Assembly: GCA_036375835.1 (NCBI GenBank)
Contig: DASVBM010000405.1
Span: 1-27,583 of the forward strand
DNA: 27,583 nt
From: Chitinophagaceae bacterium
GTDB lineage: Bacteria > Bacteroidota > Bacteroidia > Chitinophagales > Chitinophagaceae
Direction of reading: 5' to 3'
Shown here: positions 1 to 9,652 of the stretch, in pieces
Numbering within the stretch: the first letter of the stretch is position 1
Layout: every line of letters starts with the position of its first letter
Made by a program: the position numbers and the translations under genes
Notes under the pieces: generated by a model
Databases searched by the model: none
Told to the model about the DNA's origin: nothing
What the model saw: only the letters and a program-made list of their open reading frames with translations

Positions 1-1
1 A

Positions 2-382
2 GAGGACGCCGTTCAGCACGTGATGGCTGCACCGCAACCTGTTTATACTCATGCACAGCCGTCATTTGCACCCCAGCCGGCTTCCCAGCCGCAGCCAGCC
101 GCCGCAGCTGGACCTAAGTCCCCGGATATTAAAACGGAAAACCTGATTACCATAAAAAGCCCGATGATCGGAACGTTTTACCGTAAGTCTTCACCCGACA
201 AACCGCCTTTCGCAGAAGTTGGCGACGAGGTATCGCCGGGCAAAGTGGTGTGTATTATTGAAGCAATGAAGTTGTTCAATGAGATTGAAAGCGAGGTGAG
301 CGGACGCATCGTTAAGATACTGGTAGACGATGCCAGTCCCGTGGAATACGACCAGCCCCTGTTCCTGGTAGAACCGGCATAA
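2..382 (+). CDS. accB: Acetyl-CoA carboxylase biotin carboxyl carrier protein (5' truncated by window edge)
   Basis: Pro/Ala-rich linker, SPMIGTFYR, biotinylation motif EAMKLFNEI, C-terminal VEYDQPLF. Frame is open from position 2, so the true start lies upstream. Directly upstream of accC. Confidence 0.97.
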   Translation, partial: EDAVQHVMAAPQPVYTHAQPSFAPQPASQPQPAAAAGPKSPDIKTENLITIKSPMIGTFYRKSSPDKPPFAEVGDEVSPGKVVCIIEAMKLFNEIESEVSGRIVKILVDDASPVEYDQPLFLVEPA

Positions 383-502
383 TGACAGCCACGAACGATA
401 ATCCGCGACCCCTGAAAGGCATCCTGATGCCGGCATTTTTTAATTAATACCCAAAACGATGGACAGTTGTTCCAATTCAGCCTGTCCGAATCATCATAAC
501 AT

Positions 503-1843
503 ATGTTCAAAAAAGTACTGATTGCAAACCGTGGCGAGATCGCACTGCGTGTGATCCGCACCTGCCGGGAAATGGGAATCAAGACCGTAGCGGTTTATTC
601 CACTGCCGACAAAGACAGCCTGCACGTCCGCTTCGCGGATGAGGCAGTATGTATCGGCCGGCCGGCGGCAGCAGACTCCTACCTGAATATCCCGCACCTG
701 ATGGCGGCGGCCGAGATCACCAATGCAGATGCAGTGCACCCGGGCTACGGTTTCCTGGCTGAGAACGCGAAATTCTCGCAGATCTGCGCCGATCACGGCA
801 TCAAGTTTATCGGGCCTACGCCGGAGATGATCAACAAGATGGGTGACAAGATCACCGCAAAAGATACAATGATCAAAGCCGGCGTTCCGGTTGTTCCCGG
901 CAGCGATGGATTGCTGGAAAGCCTGGAGGAGGCAAAGGACCTGGCCAAAAACAAAGTAGGCTACCCGGTGATCCTGAAAGCCACTGCCGGAGGCGGTGGT
1001 AAGGGTATGCGCGTGGTATGGGAAGAAAGTGAAATGGAGCGCGCCTATAATACAGCGAAGGCGGAAGCAGGTGCGGCTTTCAAGAATGATGGCGTTTACA
1101 TGGAGAAATTCGTGGAAGAGCCCAGGCACATTGAGATACAGGTGGCGGGCGATCAGTATGGCCAGGTTTGCCACCTGAGCGAACGCGACTGTTCAATCCA
1201 GCGTCGCCACCAGAAACTGGTAGAAGAATCCCCATCGCCTTTCATGACGCCGGAACTGCGGAAGGCAATGGGTGAGGCTGCAATCAAAGCTGCGTCCGCG
1301 ATTAATTACGAGAGCGTGGGAACCGTGGAATTCCTGGTTGACAAACACCGGAATTTCTATTTCATGGAGATGAACACGCGTATCCAGGTTGAACACTGCG
1401 TAACTGAAGAAGTAATCAATTTCGACCTGATAAAGGAACAGATCAAGATTGCGATGGGTGAAAAGATCAGTGGGCAGAATTATGAGCCCCAGATGCACGC
1501 TATCGAATGCCGGATCAATGCAGAGGATCCGTATAATGATTTCCGTCCTTCGCCGGGAAGGATCACAACGCTGCACACACCGGGCGGACATGGAGTGCGC
1601 GTGGACAGTCACGTGTATACCGGTTATGTGATCCCGCCATACTATGATTCAATGATCGGCAAACTGATCACTATTGCGCAGACCAGGGAAGAAGCCATCC
1701 ACACGATGTACCGTGCACTCAGTGAATACGTGATCGAAGGTATCAAAACCACGATCCCCTTCCACCTGCAACTGATGCAGAATGAAGACTTCATAAAAGG
1801 AAACTTCACCACCAAATTCCTTGAAACTTTCAAAATGAAATAA
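503..1843 (+). CDS. accC: Biotin carboxylase subunit of acetyl-CoA carboxylase
   Basis: [54 protein letters not shown] and ECRINAED motifs; 446 aa. Confidence 0.98.
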   Translation: MFKKVLIANRGEIALRVIRTCREMGIKTVAVYSTADKDSLHVRFADEAVCIGRPAAADSYLNIPHLMAAAEITNADAVHPGYGFLAENAKFSQICADHGIKFIGPTPEMINKMGDKITAKDTMIKAGVPVVPGSDGLLESLEEAKDLAKNKVGYPVILKATAGGGGKGMRVVWEESEMERAYNTAKAEAGAAFKNDGVYMEKFVEEPRHIEIQVAGDQYGQVCHLSERDCSIQRRHQKLVEESPSPFMTPELRKAMGEAAIKAASAINYESVGTVEFLVDKHRNFYFMEMNTRIQVEHCVTEEVINFDLIKEQIKIAMGEKISGQNYEPQMHAIECRINAEDPYNDFRPSPGRITTLHTPGGHGVRVDSHVYTGYVIPPYYDSMIGKLITIAQTREEAIHTMYRALSEYVIEGIKTTIPFHLQLMQNEDFIKGNFTTKFLETFKMK

Positions 1844-1845
1844 AA

Positions 1846-1880
1846 AAAAGGTCCGAATCTCCACGGACCTTTTCTTTTTT
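1846..1880. terminator. Bidirectional intrinsic terminator between accC and the convergent metalloprotease gene
   Basis: AAAAGGTCCG (1846-1855), 8-nt loop, CGGACCTTTT (1864-1873); A-run on the left, T-run on the right. Confidence 0.85.
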
Positions 1881-1892
1881 TATGCCACAGTG

Positions 1893-2855
1893 TTACCGCG
1901 CTGCTGTTGCAGCACCTGTATGCATTGACAGATATCCAACATTTTTTCCCTTATCGTTTACCAGGTAACCGGTTTTAGCCACGAATACATAGTTCTTCTG
2001 GCTGTCATAGATATAAAACGGGTAATTCTCATTCCTCAGTTTGGCCAGCTTCCCGATGAGCGTCAGGCGGCTGCCATCCCACTTCACCAGGTTTTTGTTC
2101 ACGGTGATGAAATATTCGTTCTTTTTATCGACTGTAAAGTTTACTTCCACCAGGATATCCTCATCGGCGAGTACCGCAGACCTGCTGTATTGCTGTTCGG
2201 CTTCCCTGCCCAACGTTACCGCGGTACTGGTCGTACGGGTGCTGCTACCCTGCCGGCTTTCGGAACGGGCCACATCAGCGGGAACGGCCGCATTCCAGCC
2301 TTTCGCAATTGCCATCAGCCGGTCTGCCTTGCCGGGGTGAGTAGCTGATGCGCGATCTGCTGAAATTAAACGCATCGCGATCTGCGCGTCTTCCAGCGAA
2401 GCGCCCATCTTGCGAAGCACCATTCCTGAAAACTCATCTGCCTCCAGTTCATTACGGTGGGAACTTCCGCCATTGCTTTCAAAAACGTGTCCTTTCACGT
2501 GATGCCCGATCTCGTGGGCAAGTATACTCACCGAAGCCCAATCGGTGCCAGTGGCACGATCGATCTGCCTGATGAAATTCGGGTTGTACAGAATATATCG
2601 CTTGTGATTATAAAACACCGCGCCTGCATTGGGCACATTGGCTTCCCGTACTTCGAAATTCACCCTCAGGTTCATAATGGAGATGATCTCATCAATAATG
2701 TTTCGCGCTTGACCTACCGAGGCGAAATTCGAAACCTTTGCGCTGCCGGTACCCTCATTGGTCAGCACCTTCCATTCCACCTGGAACTGTGCGTTTGCAC
2801 TGCCTGCAGCAAGAAGGAAGATTATAATCGCGGTCAGGAACCTGGATAATTTCAT
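1893..2855 (-). CDS. Secreted zinc metalloprotease (HExxH; M48-like) with an unassigned C-terminal domain
   Basis: N-terminal signal peptide (MKLSRFLTAIIIFLLAAGSANA), ILAHEIGHH, ELEADEFSG, THPGKADR, Ser/Thr-rich linker. Confidence 0.75.
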   Translation of the reverse strand: MKLSRFLTAIIIFLLAAGSANAQFQVEWKVLTNEGTGSAKVSNFASVGQARNIIDEIISIMNLRVNFEVREANVPNAGAVFYNHKRYILYNPNFIRQIDRATGTDWASVSILAHEIGHHVKGHVFESNGGSSHRNELEADEFSGMVLRKMGASLEDAQIAMRLISADRASATHPGKADRLMAIAKGWNAAVPADVARSESRQGSSTRTTSTAVTLGREAEQQYSRSAVLADEDILVEVNFTVDKKNEYFITVNKNLVKWDGSRLTLIGKLAKLRNENYPFYIYDSQKNYVFVAKTGYLVNDKGKNVGYLSMHTGAATAAR

Positions 2856-2961
2856 AGGAAGTTTTGAGTATTCTACTGATCAGACGGTAATTTCCTATAG
2901 AAATCGTTAGGGAAAATTTAAAAGCCAGCTTGCTAACGAAGCTTTAACGGCCATTTCCGGA

Positions 2962-2991
2962 AATAAAAAAGCCGCCTCTTACGAAGCGGCT
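2962..2991 (-). terminator. Intrinsic terminator of glutamine synthetase III
   Basis: On the minus strand: AGCCGC stem, 10-nt loop, GCGGCT, then TTTTTATTT; about 20 nt past the stop. Confidence 0.8.
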
Positions 2992-3013
2992 GTGATATTC
3001 CGGTCGATTGTTG

Positions 3014-5206
3014 TTACCTGAGGAACAGGAGCTCACGGTATTTGGGCAGTGTCCAGTCTTCGTCATTGACCAGGTGTTCCAGCTTATCCACATGGTACCT
3101 GATCTCATCGAAAAATTTTTCCTTCACGTCGTTGCAGTAGGCAATCGCCTTTTTACGCGTATCGGTGATCTTGTTTGCTTTTCTGCGGGCATCCACCATC
3201 TCGCAAACCTGTTCATGTACGGCCTGGATGTGTTCACTGATCTGCCGAAGTGCATTGAACTGGCTGCGATACAGCGGCTCGTCAATACCCAGGTCCTTCA
3301 TGCCCTTGATGTTTGCCAGCAAACGGTTCTGGTAGGTAATGGCCGCCGGCAGTATGTGATTGATCGCCAGGTCGCCCATGATCCTTGCTTCGATCTGTAC
3401 TTTTTTGATGTACTTCTCCAGCTCGATTTCATGCCTTGCTTCAAGCTCGGTATGCGTGTAAATTTTGTTTCCTTCGAAAAGCTTCTTGGCCTTCGGGGTA
3501 ACCATTGCGTCCAGCGCGACAGGAGTCGTTTTCAGGTTCGGCAACTTGCGTCTTTCCGCTTCTTTGTGCCATTCTTCACTGTAGCCATCGCCTTCAAACA
3601 ATACGGCCTTGCTGTCGACAATATATTTCTGAATGATATGCATGATCGCCACCTCCTTCTTGTCTCCTTTGTCGATCAGCGCATCCACTTCATTCTTGAA
3701 ATTCCGGAGTGTTTCTGCCATGATCGTATTCAGCACCGTCATTGCGTTGGCGCAGTTGGCCGAGGAACCCACAGCGCGGAACTCGAATTTGTTCCCGGTA
3801 AAGGCAAACGGTGAAGTTCGGTTGCGGTCGGTATTGTCCAGCATCAGCTCGGGGATGCTGCGGTGCAGGTCCAGTTTGAGAATCGCTTCATCCTGCTCGT
3901 CAAACTTATCGCCTACCCTTTGTTCAATATCATGGAGCACCTTCGCGAGGTATTGTCCCACGAATACTGAAATGATAGCGGGCGGCGCTTCGTTGGCACC
4001 CAGTCTATGATCGTTTGGTGCCGAGGCGATAGAAGCGCGCAGGATATCGGCGTAATCGTTAACAGCCTTGATGGTATTCACAAAAAACGTGAGGAACATC
4101 AGGTTGGTCTTCGGTGTCTTGCCCGGTGCCAGCAGGTTCACGCCGGTATCTGTGGCCATGCTCCAGTTATTGTGTTTCCCGCTTCCGTTGATGCCGGCAA
4201 ACGGTTTCTCGTGCAACAGTACCACCAGGCGGTGACGCTTGGCCACCCTGCTCATCACGTCCATCAGCAGGGTGTTGTGATCTACGGCGATGTTCACTTC
4301 TTCGAAGATCGGCGCGCACTCAAACTGAGCCGGCGCAACCTCGTTGTGGCGCGTCCGCAGGGGAATGCCCAGTTTATAGGCTTCCTGTTCAAAATCACGC
4401 ATGAACGCGTATGTCCTTTCCGGGATGGATCCGAAGTAATGATCCTCCAGTTGCTGGCCTTTGGCAGGTGCCGCGCCGAATACCGTTCTGCCGCACTGTA
4501 CCAGGTCGGGACGCGCGTTAGCCAGTGCTTCGTCGATCACGAAATATTCCTGTTCCCATCCCAGCGTGGGGGTAACCTTGGCTATATTCTTATCAAAATA
4601 GTTGCAGACATCCACTGCGGCTTTGTTGATCGCTTCCAGCGCTTTCAATAAAGGCGCTTTGTAATCCAGCGATTCGCCGGTATAGGATACAAATATGGTG
4701 GGGATGCAAAGGGTTTTACCTTCGCCGATCTCCATGATGAATGCCGGAGATGAAGGATCCCAGGCGGTATAACCACGCGCTTCAAACGTTGCCCGCAATC
4801 CGCCGCTGGGAAAAGAAGAGGCATCGGGCTCCTGCTGGATAAGTGCAGCCCCGTCAAATTCCTCTATGGCAGTACCGTCGCCTTTAATTGTAAAAAATGA
4901 ATCGTGCTTTTCTGCCGTGGTACCGGTAAGTGGCTGAAACCAGTGAGTGAAGTGTGTGACACCTTTGCTTTCAGCCCAGGCGCGAATGCCGGCTGCGATC
5001 TGGTTGGCAACGGCGCGGTCAATCTTTTTACCACCCCTGATACTGCCCACCATGCTCTTGTAGGCCTCGTCACTTAAGAATTCTCTTGCGGTTTTCAGGG
5101 TGAAGACATTCTCTCCGAAAATGGCGGTTATCTTGGCAGGATTGGCAACTTTCACGCTGCCTGAACTGTTGTTCAACCGGTTGATGGCATCAAATCTTAA
5201 ACTCAT
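3014..5206 (-). CDS. glnA: Glutamine synthetase type III (GlnN-like)
   Basis: 730 aa; THFTHWFQPLTG, YTAWDPSSP, HNEVAP, HEKPFAGINGSGKHNNWS, NRTSPFAFTGNKFEFRAVGS. Confidence 0.97.
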   Translation of the reverse strand: MSLRFDAINRLNNSSGSVKVANPAKITAIFGENVFTLKTAREFLSDEAYKSMVGSIRGGKKIDRAVANQIAAGIRAWAESKGVTHFTHWFQPLTGTTAEKHDSFFTIKGDGTAIEEFDGAALIQQEPDASSFPSGGLRATFEARGYTAWDPSSPAFIMEIGEGKTLCIPTIFVSYTGESLDYKAPLLKALEAINKAAVDVCNYFDKNIAKVTPTLGWEQEYFVIDEALANARPDLVQCGRTVFGAAPAKGQQLEDHYFGSIPERTYAFMRDFEQEAYKLGIPLRTRHNEVAPAQFECAPIFEEVNIAVDHNTLLMDVMSRVAKRHRLVVLLHEKPFAGINGSGKHNNWSMATDTGVNLLAPGKTPKTNLMFLTFFVNTIKAVNDYADILRASIASAPNDHRLGANEAPPAIISVFVGQYLAKVLHDIEQRVGDKFDEQDEAILKLDLHRSIPELMLDNTDRNRTSPFAFTGNKFEFRAVGSSANCANAMTVLNTIMAETLRNFKNEVDALIDKGDKKEVAIMHIIQKYIVDSKAVLFEGDGYSEEWHKEAERRKLPNLKTTPVALDAMVTPKAKKLFEGNKIYTHTELEARHEIELEKYIKKVQIEARIMGDLAINHILPAAITYQNRLLANIKGMKDLGIDEPLYRSQFNALRQISEHIQAVHEQVCEMVDARRKANKITDTRKKAIAYCNDVKEKFFDEIRYHVDKLEHLVNDEDWTLPKYRELLFLR

Positions 5207-5344
5207 AAATTTTTGGTTTCAGACCCCAAAAAAATGCTTTTTTCCGGAAATTTTCTTATTTTTTTAAGCCTGTTGGTTGAAAAATGGGGATAAACCGGAG
5301 AAAAATTCAGTTTTTTAGGACTGCCGCTGCAGAATTGATAATAT

Positions 5345-6589
5345 CTATTTTTTCCTAATATATGCAGATTTACTGAAGGTTGAAGCCACATAAGGTGCCA
5401 GCAGAAGGGGTAATACCAGCGCCCGGTATCGCACCACCGCGCCGGAAAATGGAACCGTATACCCGATGATCAGCAGGGTGATCAGGGCGAAAACCACACA
5501 GGCTACCGCTACCGGGGCGAACCCGAAACAAGCGCTGCGCCGGTAAATGCAATATCCCAACAATAACCAGCAGAGAATAATTTCCATCGAAGCGATCCAG
5601 GAAACCGCTCCGGCCTCACCGGGGTGTGGCCGTAAAAAGGCCATATCGATCGCAGCAGGAAGTGCCGCAACAAAACCGGCAAACGTAGGTTCCAGTGGCC
5701 GCGTTTCAATACGCGATCCACCTTCAAGCGCCATGAACTGGCGCTGCTTCTCTGCCAGCTGCCCGGGAATGTCGAGTGCAGGATGAATGTATTTTGCCGA
5801 AAAACCGATGGCAACCCCGGTAATCAACACAATTGCCACTGTTGCAAGCCGCCTGCGCGGAAATACATGCAGAATTCCGCCAAGGCCCAATGCTGCCACG
5901 AGGACAATCGCAAGATAGTTACGCAAAACAAAAATGAGCAGCAGGCAGGAAACCAAAACCAATACATGCAAAACACGTCGCCTCATTTCCAGTATAGCCT
6001 GGAATGAATAAAATGAGAGGCCCAGTGCCGAAAATATCAGCCCGTCTTTATGTATACCGCTGCACCAGAACAGAAACGACGGAACCAGGAACACTGCTGC
6101 CACCAGCTGCCAGCCTGTGTTCCGGTACAGTGTGCGCATCAACCGGTAAAATGCAACCAGCCCGATAAAGAAAAGAAAATTGAAAAAGATAATGTCTGCG
6201 TGGAAATTGCTGTTGGTAAAAACATTCGTTACCGCCACCAGTTTCACCAGGGCGCGGTCTTTAACATCGTTCCAGTATGAATTCTTATCGGCAAACAAAC
6301 CGCCGGTAGTGGGATAATAGTTTCGGAATAGCTCCGTGGTAAAGCCAACCGGGTCTTTTTTCAGTAGTTGCGTTTCCGGGAGGCTGCGTTCGTAGAACTT
6401 CCAGGTATCCGCACGCTGCCTGTATTGCGGAAGGGAATGAAACTGCAGGTAAGCGAGACCTGCGGCCACTTTTATCGTGAACAGCCCTACCAGTACAAAC
6501 CGGTTTAATCCACTGTTGCGGAAAAAGCGCATCCGAGTGATCAGCCAGCTAAATAACAACAGGTAAAAAAAGAAAATAAACCAGGACAT
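5345..6589 (-). CDS. Polytopic membrane protein, possibly Wzy- or GT-C-like; function unknown
   Basis: 414 aa with about 10 hydrophobic segments, a large early loop and PSFLFWCSGIHKDG. Starts 5 nt after the response regulator stop (same operon). Confidence 0.6.
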   Translation of the reverse strand: MSWFIFFFYLLLFSWLITRMRFFRNSGLNRFVLVGLFTIKVAAGLAYLQFHSLPQYRQRADTWKFYERSLPETQLLKKDPVGFTTELFRNYYPTTGGLFADKNSYWNDVKDRALVKLVAVTNVFTNSNFHADIIFFNFLFFIGLVAFYRLMRTLYRNTGWQLVAAVFLVPSFLFWCSGIHKDGLIFSALGLSFYSFQAILEMRRRVLHVLVLVSCLLLIFVLRNYLAIVLVAALGLGGILHVFPRRRLATVAIVLITGVAIGFSAKYIHPALDIPGQLAEKQRQFMALEGGSRIETRPLEPTFAGFVAALPAAIDMAFLRPHPGEAGAVSWIASMEIILCWLLLGYCIYRRSACFGFAPVAVACVVFALITLLIIGYTVPFSGAVVRYRALVLPLLLAPYVASTFSKSAYIRKK

Positions 6590-6594
6590 TCAAG

Positions 6595-7236
6595 CTAGTT
6601 TTTGACGATGCCATTTCTGATCGCGAACATCACGAGCGAAACCCGGTTGCGTATCCCGATCTTCTTTTCTATACTCTGTTTGTAAAAGTCAATCGTTTTC
6701 GGGCTGAGCCCCATTTCCCTGGCAATGGCGGCGTATCCGAGATCCGAGCAACTCAGGTGGATAAACTGGAGTTCTTTCGGCGTCAGGATACGGGTATCGA
6801 ATTCCTTTGCCGGGGTACGACCAACCGATTGGATAACGGTCATGTGCAACTGGTCGTTCAGGTAAAATCCCCTGCTGATCAAAGAATCCAATGCGGTCAG
6901 CAGTTCCTGTGGTGAGGCGTTTTTCAGCACATAACCATTCGCGCCGGCATGTAGCATCCTTATGATCGCGTCTTCCTCATCTCGCATGCTCAGCGCCAGG
7001 ATCTTCACATCGGGATACGTTTTTTTCATCCAGGCCGCTGCTTCAAAGCCGTTCATTTCGGGCATATTGATATCGAGTAGAATTGCCGTCGGTAATTGTT
7101 CAGGATTTATCATCTCCGTAAGCTGCTTCCCGTTATCGGCCTCAAACAAAACAGAATAACCGGGGAACGAATTTATCAGCGCAGCCAGTCCATGGCGCAG
7201 CAAAATATGATCATCTACTAGGGCAACTGTTTTCAT
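6595..7236 (-). CDS. NarL/LuxR-family DNA-binding response regulator
   Basis: Receiver domain (LVDDH, LLDINMP phospho-Asp, ALSM, GYVLK) plus LuxR HTH (LTPKE...IAREMGLSPKTID). Confidence 0.93.
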   Translation of the reverse strand: MKTVALVDDHILLRHGLAALINSFPGYSVLFEADNGKQLTEMINPEQLPTAILLDINMPEMNGFEAAAWMKKTYPDVKILALSMRDEEDAIIRMLHAGANGYVLKNASPQELLTALDSLISRGFYLNDQLHMTVIQSVGRTPAKEFDTRILTPKELQFIHLSCSDLGYAAIAREMGLSPKTIDFYKQSIEKKIGIRNRVSLVMFAIRNGIVKN

Positions 7237-7241
7237 ATCGC

Positions 7242-7988
7242 TTATGAATATTTAAATGTAATGATTGTTCCCGTACCCGGGGCGGTTTGAAGAGCCAGCA
7301 CCACACCGATGGCCCTGGAACGTTGACGGAGATTATTAAGGCCCTGGCCCTGCTTGCTCTGGCCCGGGTTAAATCCTTTACCATTGTCGCGGATCGATAG
7401 GAAGTTCCCCGACATCTCCGCAACTACCACTGTAGCTTCCGAATGTTTGATAATGTTGTTCAGCACCTCCTGTACCATCCGGTACATTACCATTTTCTCG
7501 CCCGGCTGCAGTTGCATCTCGCCATCCAGCTTGAATATGGTTTTGAACCTGCCGGATTGTTCCAGCAAGCCGAGTTCATTGCGGACCGCTGCTCCCAGCC
7601 CCTCGCGAAGCGTATTTTCCGGGTCCAGGCTTTTACTCAGGTGGCGCAGGTCCAGGATGGCCTTGGTCAGGAGCGCTGAAGTATGTGTCACTTTCTCGGG
7701 ATCGGTGTGTTGCAGGGTGTTCAGATTCAGGTTAACCAGCGAAAGCACCTGCCCTACATTGTCGTGTATCTCCTGGCTGATCTGCCGCATGGTATTTTCC
7801 TGCACTTCCAGGTGCGACTCAAGCAGCGCCTGCTCATAATGCAGCTTCAGGTTTTCTTTTTCCCGGATATTACGGAGATTCCGGTTGTTAAAATAGATCA
7901 GCATCATCATCATGAACAAAGCAATGAAGATGAGGATCACTACGAGGGCGATGATAACAATGAGTATTTCACCGGCGGATTGGGGCAT
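7242..7988 (-). CDS. Histidine kinase, HisKA_3 (NarX-like) type, single TM
   Basis: One N-terminal TM, coiled coil, EIHDNVGQ H-box, QEVLNNIIKHS N-box, IRDNGKGF, GQGLNN, GTGT. Confidence 0.92.
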   Translation of the reverse strand: MPQSAGEILIVIIALVVILIFIALFMMMMLIYFNNRNLRNIREKENLKLHYEQALLESHLEVQENTMRQISQEIHDNVGQVLSLVNLNLNTLQHTDPEKVTHTSALLTKAILDLRHLSKSLDPENTLREGLGAAVRNELGLLEQSGRFKTIFKLDGEMQLQPGEKMVMYRMVQEVLNNIIKHSEATVVVAEMSGNFLSIRDNGKGFNPGQSKQGQGLNNLRQRSRAIGVVLALQTAPGTGTIITFKYS

Positions 7989-8030
7989 GTTCGGGTTTGG
8001 GTTTGGTTAGCCACGAAAATCAATCCGCAA

Positions 8031-8060
8031 CAAATATGTAAAATTACCATGACATGGCAA
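8031..8060 (-). promoter_or_regulatory. Possible Bacteroidota housekeeping promoter for the kinase-regulator operon
   Basis: Minus strand: TTG (8060-8058), 19-nt spacer, CATATTTG (8038-8031; one mismatch to TAnnTTTG). Confidence 0.4.
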
Positions 8061-8112
8061 AGGCAGTTGATTCAAATTAACACCCGGGCATTTTAAACCG
8101 CAGGGGATTGGC

Positions 8113-8712
8113 TTAACTGAGTTTGGCGGAGATCAGCTTCAGGAATTCATTCCTTGTGATGTGATTGTTCAGAAACTCACCGTCAAAAGCCGAGGTGGTA
8201 GTGACTGAGTTCTGCTTCTGTACACCGCGCATCATCATGCAAAGGTGTTTTGCTTCTATTACCACTGCCACGCCAAGCGGATTCAGCGACTCCTTCAACG
8301 CCTGGAGAATCTGGGTGGTCATTCGTTCCTGTACCTGGAGCCTCCGCGCATACACATCCACCACCCGCGCCAGTTTACTCAGCCCGGCAATATAGCCATT
8401 TGGTATATAGGCGATATGTGCCTTGCCGAAGAATGGCAGCATATGGTGTTCGCACATGGAGTAAAGTTCAATATCCTTCACCAGTACCATCTCGCTTACG
8501 TCTTCTTTAAACTTCGCGGAATCCAGGATCTTCTTTGCGTCCATATGATAGCCCTGGGTCATGTACTGCATGGCTTTGGCCACGCGTTCCGGCGTTTTCA
8601 GCAGTCCTTCGCGCTCCGCGTCTTCACCAATCAGCTCAATGATCCTGCGGTTGGCGCGCACCATTTCTTCAATTGTTTCGTCGGAATATTCATCCACTCT
8701 TTTGTATGCCAT
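8113..8712 (-). CDS. folE: GTP cyclohydrolase I (type IA)
   Basis: [48 protein letters not shown]. Confidence 0.97.
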   Translation of the reverse strand: MAYKRVDEYSDETIEEMVRANRRIIELIGEDAEREGLLKTPERVAKAMQYMTQGYHMDAKKILDSAKFKEDVSEMVLVKDIELYSMCEHHMLPFFGKAHIAYIPNGYIAGLSKLARVVDVYARRLQVQERMTTQILQALKESLNPLGVAVVIEAKHLCMMMRGVQKQNSVTTTSAFDGEFLNNHITRNEFLKLISAKLS

Positions 8713-8732
8713 AGCTTTGTTTTTTGCCGCCT

Positions 8733-9149
8733 TTAATCGGCGGGATATTCTACAAAATTCCTCGGTGTCTCATACAACCGGACCTGGAGGTCGAACTGCT
8801 GATCGATATGTGGCCGCAGCAGATTATAGATCACCACCACGATATTCTCGGCGGTCGGATTCAGTTCCCGGAACTCTGCGGTATCAAGGTTCAGATTCTT
8901 GTGATCAAAACGGCTCAGAATTTCGCGGCCAACCAGGTCCGAGAGGAGCTTCATATCCATCACGTACCCGGTTTTTGGATCCGGCTCTCCCGTCACCTTC
9001 ACTTCCAGTTCATAATTGTGGCCATGGTAATTGGGCAGGTTGCATTTACCGAATACACGCTGGTTGGTGGCATCATCCCACTCAGCAACGTGCAGGCGAT
9101 GTGCCGCATTGAAATGTTCCTTCCTGTATACTGCCACTCTTTTACCCAT
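8733..9149 (-). CDS. 6-pyruvoyl-tetrahydropterin synthase family protein (COG0720), paralog B
   Basis: [16 protein letters not shown] (C-X5-HGH), FDHKNLN, PTAEN, LYETP. Confidence 0.92.
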   Translation of the reverse strand: MGKRVAVYRKEHFNAAHRLHVAEWDDATNQRVFGKCNLPNYHGHNYELEVKVTGEPDPKTGYVMDMKLLSDLVGREILSRFDHKNLNLDTAEFRELNPTAENIVVVIYNLLRPHIDQQFDLQVRLYETPRNFVEYPAD

Positions 9150-9151
9150 GA

Positions 9152-9559
9152 TCAGCCGTAATATTCAACAAATATCCGTGGTGTTTCGTACAATTTGATA
9201 CAATGCAGTGTAACATTCGGGGGAAGCCGGGGCTGCAGTTCATTCCAGATGCCGATTGCCAGGTTTTCCGTGCTGCACATCTTTCCCCTCAGAAAGTCAA
9301 CATCCATATTCAGGTTTCGGTGATCAACCTTTTCAATAACGTGTTGTTTGATGAGCATGCTCAGCTTCTTTACGTCGATCAGGAACCCGGTCTCCGGATC
9401 GGGATCTCCCTTCACGGTAACGTAAAGATCAAAATTGTGTCCATGCCAGTTGTCGTTCGCACACATCCCGAAGACCTCGTCGTTTTTCTCGCGACTCCAG
9501 CTGGGGTTGAATAATTTATGAGCGGCATTAAAATGCTCGATCCTTGTCAGGTAGACCAT
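9152..9559 (-). CDS. 6-pyruvoyl-tetrahydropterin synthase family protein (COG0720), paralog A
   Basis: FNAAH, CANDNWHGHNF (C-X5-HGH), VDHRNLN, STEN, LYETP. Confidence 0.92.
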   Translation of the reverse strand: MVYLTRIEHFNAAHKLFNPSWSREKNDEVFGMCANDNWHGHNFDLYVTVKGDPDPETGFLIDVKKLSMLIKQHVIEKVDHRNLNMDVDFLRGKMCSTENLAIGIWNELQPRLPPNVTLHCIKLYETPRIFVEYYG

Positions 9560-9580
9560 CCCGGTACATTAGTTTGGTCG

Positions 9581-9588
9581 CAAAGTTA
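9581..9588 (-). promoter_or_regulatory. -7 promoter box for the PTPS-PTPS-folE operon
   Basis: TAACTTTG on the minus strand, a perfect TAnnTTTG, 21 nt before the start codon. Confidence 0.65.
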
Positions 9589-9614
9589 AGGCAACCAAAA
9601 GAATAGGTCCCTTG

Positions 9615-9645
9615 TTGCATAATCCGGCGGAAGCGCCGACCTTTG
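9615..9645 (+). promoter_or_regulatory. Promoter for mqnB-mqnD
   Basis: TTG (9615-9617), 20-nt spacer, GACCTTTG (9638-9645); ATG follows 7 nt later. Confidence 0.55.
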
Positions 9646-9652
9646 CGCGGCT

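Noticed and set aside
7993-8006. GGGTTT-GGGTTT-GG short repeat before the kinase start
   Set aside because: Only two units; too short to support phase variation or a G-quadruplex.
8733-9559. Calling either PTPS gene queD
   Set aside because: Both have C-X5-HGH rather than the QueD C-X3-HGH spacing, and no que genes are nearby.
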